In this document: positions 1 through 10,001 of the stretch, one piece after another
Layout: every line of letters starts with the position of its first letter
How positions within the stretch are numbered: position 1 is the first letter of the stretch
NCBI GenBank assembly: GCA_964617525.1
Contig: CAZTWG010000006.1
Span: forward strand, 1-19,449
Direction: 5' to 3'
Origin: an uncultured Gammaproteobacteria bacterium
Lineage (GTDB): Bacteria; Patescibacteriota; Patescibacteriia; UBA2591; UBA6264
Length of the DNA stretch: 19,449 nt
Notes under the pieces: generated by a model
What the model was told of the DNA's origin: nothing
Seen by the model: only the letters and a program-made list of their open reading frames with translations
Databases searched by the model: none
Program-made: the position numbers and the translations under genes

Positions 1-115
1 TTTGGTTGATTTTCGAGCAAAAACGTTCGAATTTGGAAAGCCGCTCTACAATTCACGACGAATACGGGTTTCAGAAGGTCAATTTAAAGGGACAGTCCCC
101 TTTTTAGTCCCCTTT

Positions 116-1351
116 TTATATTTCTGATAATTGTTTAAATTCTTTGTCTTTCTCAACTATTTCTGGGCTAACCTCTAAAGCCATCTGATTTATGCCAATA
201 AGTTTAATATTGTTTAGCGTTCTTACTCTTGATAAAGCCACATAGCCCATACCACGTTCAAACGATTTTGACAAATCAATTTCAGCTGCGTCTAAACTCA
301 TACCTTGGCTTTTGTGAACCGTAATCGCCCAAGCTAAACGTAAGGGGATCTGCTTAATGGTAGCAATGGTCTTGCCATTTTCTTCTATACTCCAACTAGT
401 TGGCAAAGCTATAATTTCATGACCTGACATGGTTCTAACAACTGGATATTTATCGTCGTCATAACTAATTACTTTGCCAAGCGTACCGTTAACATAACCA
501 GCATTAAAATTATTTTTAACAAACATTACTATTGCGCCAATTTTTAGCTTTAACTCTTCGGGAGTTAAACAATTTTTTTTCAAAAAATCAACTAAATTTT
601 TTGGCCCATAACTAATCATATAATAAGTCATTTCTTTTTTTGAAATTCTAGATAATTCGTAATTATTGATCGCATCAACTTTGACATTATGCGTATATAA
701 TTTGGTAGGTTTGACCGAAAGACTTATTGATTGATTCAATCGCGTCTTTAATAAATTTAATTCTTCTATACCTGCTCTGTTTGCTCTAATTTTATTTAAA
801 ATATCAGTAAATTTTAAATCATTTTGCCTAAACTGTTTGCTTAAATAACAAACCTTAATATCTGAATTTTGCCAAACAGAAGATTCATAAGCAAATCGTG
901 GTTTTTGGTCTCGGTTTACCGGTGGAAGCTGAAAAAAATCACCGCACATTATTACTTGCATTCCACCAAATGGCAAAAATGGGTCTTTGACTTGCCTGCA
1001 AATTCTATCAACAAGATTAAGCCTATCCGCGTCAAGCATTGATATTTCATCAATAATCAAAATTTTTGTTTTTTTAATTCTTTCATTCAGAGTTTTGATT
1101 CTAGCAATTTTTTTTATTGACTTTTCATTCATTTCTTTTTTAATGCCAATACCAGACCAGGAATGAATTGTTCTGCCGTTAATATGAGTGGCGGCGATTC
1201 CGGTAGAAGCAGTTACTCCAACTCTAATCTTAGATTTCTTTAAATATGAAATAAATTGATTTAATAAAAAAGTTTTACCGGTTCCAGCTGAACCAGTTAG
1301 AAAAACGTTTGTCCCTGATTTTAAAATTTTAAGTGCTTGCTGTTGGGTCAT
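116..1351 (-). CDS. Pif1/RecD-like SF1B DNA helicase
   Basis: Track ORF 116..1384. Motifs: Walker A GSAGTGKT, Ia TASTGIAA, Walker B LIIDEISML followed by a Pif1-signature-like DADRLNLVDRICRQV, III GDFFQLPPV, QFRQ, and C-terminal ITVHKSQGMS. The track start at 1384 reads as TTG. The first ATG is at 1351 (MTQQQALKIL...) and is used here. Confidence 0.85.
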   Translation of the reverse strand: MTQQQALKILKSGTNVFLTGSAGTGKTFLLNQFISYLKKSKIRVGVTASTGIAATHINGRTIHSWSGIGIKKEMNEKSIKKIARIKTLNERIKKTKILIIDEISMLDADRLNLVDRICRQVKDPFLPFGGMQVIMCGDFFQLPPVNRDQKPRFAYESSVWQNSDIKVCYLSKQFRQNDLKFTDILNKIRANRAGIEELNLLKTRLNQSISLSVKPTKLYTHNVKVDAINNYELSRISKKEMTYYMISYGPKNLVDFLKKNCLTPEELKLKIGAIVMFVKNNFNAGYVNGTLGKVISYDDDKYPVVRTMSGHEIIALPTSWSIEENGKTIATIKQIPLRLAWAITVHKSQGMSLDAAEIDLSKSFERGMGYVALSRVRTLNNIKLIGINQMALEVSPEIVEKDKEFKQLSEI

Positions 1352-1364
1352 TAAATTATATTTT

Positions 1365-2213
1365 TTACCAAGATACTTCTTCAACTTTTAAATCTTTTTT
1401 CTTAATCTTATCTTTGTTGGGACATATATTTTTATACTCGCACCAGGGGCATAAAGTATTAACCCGAGGCAAAAAATCCTTATCATCTCTAGCTTCCTTT
1501 ATAACATCAATAACCTTATTTTCTACTTCTTTCAGTTCTTCTTTCGTCCACGTTATGTCGTAAATTTTTGAATATTTAACATAAATCAACCCAACCCTAA
1601 TTTTTTTGGCAAAAGGATTAAGCTTTGAGGCAATAATAGCATAAATAGGAACCTGAAGGTCATATTTTATCATTTTTTCAATAGTATCATAAAAGGGCAA
1701 TCTTCCCGTCTTATAATCCCATACTGAAATTGATGAATCCGAATCTTGGTCAATTCTATCTATTCTGCCGGCTATCATGAATTCACCTACGCTACATTGC
1801 ATCCAATCTTCTAAAGATAGTGGAACTATTGATAAGTCAGCTTTTGAAATATAGTTCTTGGTCATAGCGATCGCCTTTAGTCCGAAGGCTTTTTCTTGTT
1901 CTGTTGACCCAAATATTTTTTTTCTTTCTTTAGCGTCCCAACAAGCACTACCCCAACTACTTTTAGGTAATCTAGCCCATAGATGTCTTATTGTCTGCCC
2001 AATATCTTGATTTTTCCTTTCGTTAATTGGAGTTTTTTTAATGTCAAAAAAATTTTCAAGAGCCAAATGAACTATTTTACCAACGAAACTCTCTGGGCTT
2101 TCAATAAATTCTGCCTTTACGTCCTTGTCGTTATGACACTTAAATTTAAATGGACATTGAATATATTTATTCAATGCGCTAGGAAATATTTTCTCGGGAA
2201 ATATATACGCCAT
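1365..2213 (-). CDS. Cas4/AddB-type PD-(D/E)XK nuclease with predicted 4Fe-4S cysteines
   Basis: 282 aa with an ATG start. Nuclease core GRIDRIDQ...VWDYKTG and QVPIYAI. N-terminal CPFKFKC plus a C-terminal CPWCEYKNIC (C-x2-C-x5-C) triad, as in Cas4, AddB and Dna2 nuclease domains. The stop lies 13 nt upstream of the helicase ATG. Confidence 0.8.
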   Translation of the reverse strand: MAYIFPEKIFPSALNKYIQCPFKFKCHNDKDVKAEFIESPESFVGKIVHLALENFFDIKKTPINERKNQDIGQTIRHLWARLPKSSWGSACWDAKERKKIFGSTEQEKAFGLKAIAMTKNYISKADLSIVPLSLEDWMQCSVGEFMIAGRIDRIDQDSDSSISVWDYKTGRLPFYDTIEKMIKYDLQVPIYAIIASKLNPFAKKIRVGLIYVKYSKIYDITWTKEELKEVENKVIDVIKEARDDKDFLPRVNTLCPWCEYKNICPNKDKIKKKDLKVEEVSW

Positions 2214-2313
2214 AATTTTTGAAATTAAACTTTAGATTTTTATTTCTAGTTAATTCTTGCTAAACAAGATTTTTGGCCCCTGATTGACCCCTGTGGTCAA
2301 CCAATAAATAAAA

Positions 2314-3084
2314 TTATTTACTACAACTTGCGGATTTTCTGAAGCCTGCAGCGATAGCTTCTTGTTCTGTGCAAAAATACATATCGCCTTTTGTAAAATC
2401 AATTTTTGTTCTTTGATAGTCAGCGCAACCTGGGAGAAAATATACTTTTCCATACCCACTCTTAGAAATATTTCCTTTGATGATGCAATTAAGGTCTGAG
2501 GGAAAATTATGCGCTTCAAATCTTTCTGTTGTTTCTTCTAATTCTTGCTCGCAGGCAGACCACATTCCTTTTCTCATAGTCACCGCTTCATTTCTGCTGT
2601 GCATTAAAATACCCCTATATCTCTTGTCTTGGGATGCTTCATATATATCAGCAAATCCTTGTTCTAACATATAGTCATTGATAAAGGTATCGTCCATTGT
2701 GTCTTCTTGTGGTAAAAATACGTAACGAAGTAATCTACCAAAATTATCTACGCCAGAAATATCCTTTTCTAAACGCACATATTCTCCTTCTATTAAATTA
2801 CTTAAAGCCTCTTTTGATTCTAAAAAATAGCATTCTTCTCTTTCTGGGGCATCTATTCCTAAAAAACGAACTCTGTCCGAACCGTTAATTTCAATTGTAT
2901 CACCATCAATTACTTCTGTGACTAAATAAAGTCTGTCTTTGGAATCGTCAAAAACGGGAGTATTGTCGGAAAAATCAGAAGAATTAAATAAATCACTACT
3001 TAAAAACCCAGCCAAAAAGACAAGGGTTATAATTAATAATCGTCTTATTTGCGATTTTTTATTACTTTTTTTAATTTTTGCCAT
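2314..3084 (-). CDS. membrane-anchored thermonuclease (staphylococcal nuclease family) with a Cys-containing C-terminal module
   Basis: N-terminal basic stretch plus hydrophobic helix (RRLLIITLVFLAGFL). SNase core VIDGDTIE..RVRFLGIDAPE...FGRLLRYVF...MWS. C-terminal IKGNISKSGYGKVYFLPGCADYQRTKI...YFCTEQEAIAAGFRKS resembles a short module seen on other secreted nucleases. I recall it as the 'sunset' domain but cannot verify that. Confidence 0.85.
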   Translation of the reverse strand: MAKIKKSNKKSQIRRLLIITLVFLAGFLSSDLFNSSDFSDNTPVFDDSKDRLYLVTEVIDGDTIEINGSDRVRFLGIDAPEREECYFLESKEALSNLIEGEYVRLEKDISGVDNFGRLLRYVFLPQEDTMDDTFINDYMLEQGFADIYEASQDKRYRGILMHSRNEAVTMRKGMWSACEQELEETTERFEAHNFPSDLNCIIKGNISKSGYGKVYFLPGCADYQRTKIDFTKGDMYFCTEQEAIAAGFRKSASCSK

Positions 3085-3123
3085 ATTTTACTTAAAATAT
3101 TATTTTTAGATTATTTAATATTA

Positions 3124-3183
3124 ATGTCAGACGTTTTCTCGTCGCTGTGCTCCTCCTCAAACAGCCGACGTTTTAAAACTGAC
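3124..3183. other. GC-rich imperfect hairpin in the EndoQ-SNase intergenic region
   Basis: Inner stem cgtcgctgt (3139..3147) pairs with acagccgacg (3160..3169) with one bulge, around a 12-nt loop. Outer stem tgtcag (3124..3129) pairs with ctgaca (3178..3183). The loop reads GAGGAGGAG on the minus (gene) strand. A T-run follows the stem only on the plus strand. Confidence 0.5.
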
Positions 3184-3222
3184 AAGCATATCTCATTAGC
3201 ATTATATCTAATATAACCTTTT

Positions 3223-4464
3223 TTAAAATAATTTTTTTTGCGAAGAATTTTTTTTATTTTTTAAACCCGTAACTCTAATTCTCCCATACACTCCGTCATA
3301 ACCCCCTTCTTTTATTACCTCTCCTTTTCTCATTTTAATGATAGATAAAGCCAATTCGGGGGAAGATATTTTTTCTAATTCTTTTTGAGAAAGATTAAGC
3401 AAAATGTTAAATTCATTTTTTCCTTTAGATATCAAAGCATCATATTCTCTTTGGACTGCTTTAGATTTAGGTCCTACTCCTTTTATTTCTGAAATCAATT
3501 CAGGCAAAGGAATGATACTCTTGAACGGTATAGCTTTAGGAGGAACAAATCCTTCTGGACGGTCGGCAAGTTCATTAACTCTATGCAAAACTCCTATAGT
3601 TAGGGGACGATGACATTTAGGACAAATATTATTATTTTTCTCAGATTCTTGTGGTGTCATTTTAACATCACAAGCGCGATGACCATCTAAATGATATTTT
3701 CCTTCTTCTGGATAAAATTCAATAGTATATTCTAACCCTTTTCTAGTTTTAATAGCATTAGTTAAGTTAGAATAAGTTAATTTTTTTAGATTAAAAACAT
3801 TAGCTTCGCGACCTAAGTTTCTAGGGCTGTGAGCATCAGAATTACTGAGTAAAGTATATTTATCTAAAGCTGATAAACGCCAATTCATAGCTGGGTCTGA
3901 ACTTAATCCTGTTTCCATGGCATAAACCTTAGAACTCATTTTTCCAAAACATTCTTTTACTGTATCAAACCCTGATTTAGCGCCGAATAGGGAAAACCAA
4001 GGAGTCCAAATATGTGCGCAAATTAAAAAACATTTCGGAGAAATGTCAAAAATAAGCTTGGTTAATTCTTCGGCGTCAACACCTAATATTGGTCGTCCAT
4101 CTGACCTTATATTAAATCTCTTATCTAATGTTTTGTTAATCTTTTCAACCACCTCTAAACTTGGAGCTAAAAACACTAAATGAATACGACGACATCTACC
4201 ATTCTTTGTATAAATACAGGATAATTCAGAAGTTAATATAAAATTAGTTAGATATTTACTTCCTTTCACTTGATAAATTCCTTCTTTTACTAGTTTTAAT
4301 TTACTTTTTAACTCTTTAAACCAAAGAGGATGAGTAAAATCTCCAGTACCTAAAACCTGGATTCCTTTAATTTGAGCCTCTCTATCTAAATGTTCTAAAT
4401 CCATTTCAGGAGATGTAGCCCTAGAATATTTAGAATGAATATGTAGATCAGTTATATAATACAT
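3223..4464 (-). CDS. endonuclease Q-like PHP-domain nuclease
   Basis: 413 aa. N-terminal DLHIHSKYSRATS PHP motif, GTGDFTHP, SNSDAHSP, internal zinc-ribbon-like CPKCHRPLTIGVLHRVNELADR, and C-terminal GGYDGVYGRIRV. The order and spacing match the EndoQ family (TIGR00375-type) as I remember it. Confidence 0.8.
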   Translation of the reverse strand: MYYITDLHIHSKYSRATSPEMDLEHLDREAQIKGIQVLGTGDFTHPLWFKELKSKLKLVKEGIYQVKGSKYLTNFILTSELSCIYTKNGRCRRIHLVFLAPSLEVVEKINKTLDKRFNIRSDGRPILGVDAEELTKLIFDISPKCFLICAHIWTPWFSLFGAKSGFDTVKECFGKMSSKVYAMETGLSSDPAMNWRLSALDKYTLLSNSDAHSPRNLGREANVFNLKKLTYSNLTNAIKTRKGLEYTIEFYPEEGKYHLDGHRACDVKMTPQESEKNNNICPKCHRPLTIGVLHRVNELADRPEGFVPPKAIPFKSIIPLPELISEIKGVGPKSKAVQREYDALISKGKNEFNILLNLSQKELEKISSPELALSIIKMRKGEVIKEGGYDGVYGRIRVTGLKNKKNSSQKKLF

Positions 4465-4530
4465 AAAAAAATTAATTATAAGAACCCGCTCACCGTATCC
4501 GCAGAACCTTGAAATTAAGTATTCATTAAT

Positions 4531-4565
4531 TATAACAAAAAAACCACTAAATAAATAGTGGTTTT
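4531..4565 (-). terminator. intrinsic terminator of the 23S-5S unit
   Basis: Perfect 10-bp stem 4540..4549 / 4556..4565 with a 6-nt loop. In the minus sense it is followed by UUUGUUAUA, contiguous with the stem's own U run. It begins 16 nt after the 5S 3' end. Confidence 0.7.
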
Positions 4566-4580
4566 AAATGAGAACAACAG

Positions 4581-4694
4581 GATTCTGGCAACTACCTACT
4601 CTCGCCCAATGGACTACCATCGGCCCTAAGGAGCTTAACTGCCGTGTTCGGGATGGGAACGGGTGTTGCCTCCCCGGTAGAATCACCAGAATTC
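4581..4694 (-). rRNA. rrf: 5S rRNA
   Basis: The reverse complement contains the conserved CCCGUUCCCAUCCCGAACACGGCAGUUAAGC core and a terminal helix I (AUUCUGGUG / UGCCAGAAU). Length is about 114 nt. The ends are approximate, within a few nt. Confidence 0.9.
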
Positions 4695-4714
4695 TATTGT
4701 CCTCGCACAAAAAA

Positions 4715-4744
4715 ATTATGAACTAAATGATAAATTAGAGAATT
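4715..4744 (-). repeat. 3' strand of the 23S processing stem (pairs with 7911..7940)
   Basis: 30-nt inverted repeat flanking the 23S gene. In the rRNA sense it gives 28 Watson-Crick pairs plus 2 G-U pairs. Those two positions would be A-C mismatches in the opposite sense. Confidence 0.8.
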
Positions 4745-7910
<3,166 letters not shown>

Positions 7911-7940
7911 AATTCTCTAATTCATCATTTAATTCATAAT
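7911..7940 (-). repeat. 5' strand of the 23S processing stem (pairs with 4715..4744)
   Basis: See 4715..4744. The plus strand here reads aattctctaattcatcatttaattcataat. Confidence 0.8.
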
Positions 7941-8043
7941 GTATACAAATTAAATAAATATTTTGTTGGCGTGTGTTCACTTCATTAAATATACTCAGAA
8001 TGAAATTATCTAATAAAGTTAAGATGCTCTATACTTTATTCAA

Positions 8044-8056
8044 TTTTCAAAGAACA
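8044..8056 (-). promoter_or_regulatory. boxA-like rRNA antitermination element
   Basis: The minus sense reads UGUUCUUUGAAAA. That is 10 of 13 identical to the E. coli rrn boxA UGCUCUUUAACAA. It also matches the Gram-positive boxA form UGUUCUUUGAAAACU as I recall it. It lies about 100 nt upstream of the 23S processing stem. Confidence 0.55.
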
Positions 8057-8057
8057 A

Positions 8058-8082
8058 TTAAAAAAACCGCCTATCGGCGGTT
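8058..8082 (-). terminator. GC hairpin followed by a U7 run (intrinsic-terminator-like), downstream of pyrG and immediately upstream of boxA
   Basis: Stem aaccgcc (8065..8071) / ggcggtt (8076..8082) with a 4-nt loop. In the minus sense it is followed by seven U (plus-strand A-run 8060..8066). Confidence 0.7.
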
Positions 8083-8246
8083 AAATTTTAGTTTTACAAT
8101 AACTAAAAAAAATTAACCGTCCGACTGAATAGAAATATGTTTAATAGTTTTTACTAAAATAAACATTTCAAAACAATTTTTTAAAATTAAATTACTTTTT
8201 TCTTGCACAGTAATAATTTAATTTCAAGTTCTTTTAATTAGTTTTA

Positions 8247-8275
8247 ATTATATATAAAAAAATTTGATTGGTCAA
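8247..8275 (-). promoter_or_regulatory. near-consensus sigma70-type promoter (TTGACC-17 nt-TATAAT)
   Basis: Minus-strand -35 TTGACC at 8270..8275, exact 17-nt spacer, -10 TATAAT at 8247..8252. It begins 15 nt after the pyrG stop codon. AT-rich DNA produces chance -10 boxes, but the combined match is the best in the window. Confidence 0.45.
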
Positions 8276-8289
8276 TTGTGGATAAGTAT

Positions 8290-9915
8290 TTATGCCTTTC
8301 CAGAATTTAATAAGGAGGCTTTAATAAAAGCCACAAACAATGGATGAGGATTTATAAATCTAGACTTATATTCAGGATGAAATTGAGTAGCTATAAAAAA
8401 GGGGTGACCTGGAATCTCAACAATTTCTACTAGTTTATTATCGGGGGAAAACCCACTTAACACCAACCCTTTCTTTTCTATAATTTCTCTATACTTGTTG
8501 TTAAATTCATAACGATGACGATGTCTTTCTGAAATTTTATCTTTTTTGTAAATTTTAGACACCCTACTTTTCTTTTTTAAACAACAAGGATAAGCGCCAA
8601 GTCTGATAGTGCCTCCATATTGCTTGCGAGCAATCATTTCTTTTTGGTCTAACATAAGATGAATTACTTGATGCTTAGAATGAGGGTTAATTTCTTCTGA
8701 GGTAGCTTCTTTTAACTTGCAAACATTCCTCGCAAACTCAATGACCGCCATTTGCATACCATAACAAAGGCCAAAACAAGGTTTTTTATTCTCTCTGCAA
8801 TATTGGATAGCTTTAATCATTCCTTCAGACCCCCTCTTCCCCCAACCTTGAGTAACAATCAACCCTGCTACTTCTTTCAAATTCCCTATACCCTGCTTCT
8901 CTATTGTTTTACTATCTATCCAATGAAAAACAGGACGACAATTATTTACCCAACAGCCGTGTTTAACAGCTTCAATCACTGAAATGTATGAATCAGCTAA
9001 GGTGAATTTCCCTATTTTAAAATATTTACCAATTATCCCGATATGAACTGTTTTGCGAGCATTGCTAATAATCTTTGAAGCCCGAGCCCAATCTTGAAGA
9101 TTAGCTTTACGAATGGGCAACCTTAATTTTTTTAAGATCTTTTCTCCCAGTTTATCATTTTCAAAATTTAAGGGGATATCATAAATAGATTCTACGTCAA
9201 TTGCAGATATAATATTTGTTTTATTAATATTACAGAAAATAGATATTTTTTCTTTGCGAATATCATCTAATGAACTAGATGACCTAGCTAAAATAAAATC
9301 AGGTTGGATCCCAACTGAATTTAAGGTGCGAACAGCATACTGAGTGGGTTTAGTTTTCATTTCTCCAATCTTAGCTGGAATAGGTAAGTAACTAAGCATG
9401 ATAAAAAGAACATTATGTGGATTTTCTAACTTCATCATTCTAGCTGCTTCTAAAAATATAGTGTTTTGATATTCTCCAATTGTCCCTCCGACCTCTATCA
9501 AGACTATTTCTGCCTTAGTTACTTTACTAACTTTTTTGATACGGCTAATAACTTCATTTGGAATATCGGGAACAACTTCTACACATCTGCCGTTGTAATC
9601 CAAATTCCTCTCTTTTTGGATAACTGTATTATAAACACTTCCAGTTGTCATATAATTTAAACTAGAAATATCTTGATTTAAAAATCTCTCATAATTTCCT
9701 ATATCTTGGTCTGTTTCTAACCCATCGTCCGTAACGAAAACCTCGCCGTGCTCTAAAGGATTCATGGTCCCAGCATCAACATTAATGTAAGGGTCAATTT
9801 TGACAGCAGAGACACGATAGCCCTTGCTCTGTAAAATCTTGCCAATTGAAGCTGTAGCAACACCTTTGCCTAAGCCTGACATTACTCCTCCTGTTACAAA
9901 AATGTATTTAGTCAT
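8290..9915 (-). CDS. pyrG: CTP synthase
   Basis: 541 aa. N-terminal KYIFVTGGVMSGLGKG synthetase domain. C-terminal glutamine amidotransferase domain with GLCYGMQ and HRHRYEFN. Confidence 0.97.
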   Translation of the reverse strand: MTKYIFVTGGVMSGLGKGVATASIGKILQSKGYRVSAVKIDPYINVDAGTMNPLEHGEVFVTDDGLETDQDIGNYERFLNQDISSLNYMTTGSVYNTVIQKERNLDYNGRCVEVVPDIPNEVISRIKKVSKVTKAEIVLIEVGGTIGEYQNTIFLEAARMMKLENPHNVLFIMLSYLPIPAKIGEMKTKPTQYAVRTLNSVGIQPDFILARSSSSLDDIRKEKISIFCNINKTNIISAIDVESIYDIPLNFENDKLGEKILKKLRLPIRKANLQDWARASKIISNARKTVHIGIIGKYFKIGKFTLADSYISVIEAVKHGCWVNNCRPVFHWIDSKTIEKQGIGNLKEVAGLIVTQGWGKRGSEGMIKAIQYCRENKKPCFGLCYGMQMAVIEFARNVCKLKEATSEEINPHSKHQVIHLMLDQKEMIARKQYGGTIRLGAYPCCLKKKSRVSKIYKKDKISERHRHRYEFNNKYREIIEKKGLVLSGFSPDNKLVEIVEIPGHPFFIATQFHPEYKSRFINPHPLFVAFIKASLLNSGKA

Positions 9916-10001
9916 ATAATATTAATTAATTGGGTAACTAGGAATTAGTTAATTAGAATTTTATAAATTATCGATTGCCTAGGTACCTAATTGCACAAGA
10001 C

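Noticed and set aside
1-127. Possible 3' end of a plus-strand gene at the window edge (frame 3 open to TAG 105..107, frame 2 open to TGA 125..127), and a tandem 12-nt repeat agtccccttttt x2 (94..117) with a small GGG/CCC hairpin.
   Set aside because: The fragment is too short to choose a frame or recognise a product. The repeat has only two copies and overlaps the helicase stop, so it is most simply part of a convergent terminator region.
1333-2888. Track ORFs 1333..1563(+), 1983..2222(+), 2250..2519(-), 2477..2674(+) and 2697..2888(+).
   Set aside because: Each overlaps a longer ORF with clear family motifs (nuclease or SNase), either in another frame or on the other strand. None has recognisable features.
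4484-4510. GC-rich block gaacccgctcaccgtatccgcagaacc (direct GAACC repeats) in the EndoQ upstream spacer, considered as a tRNA fragment, hairpin or operator.
   Set aside because: It has no self-complementarity and no tRNA T-arm or anticodon-arm features. Two 5-nt direct repeats are too little to support a call.
7988-8016. Weak promoter-like match TTATTA-17-TATATT on the minus strand, closer to the 23S.
   Set aside because: The -35 is poor, and it lies downstream of the boxA-like element. That would leave boxA untranscribed. It is kept only as an alternative, should start-site mapping contradict the 8247..8275 promoter.
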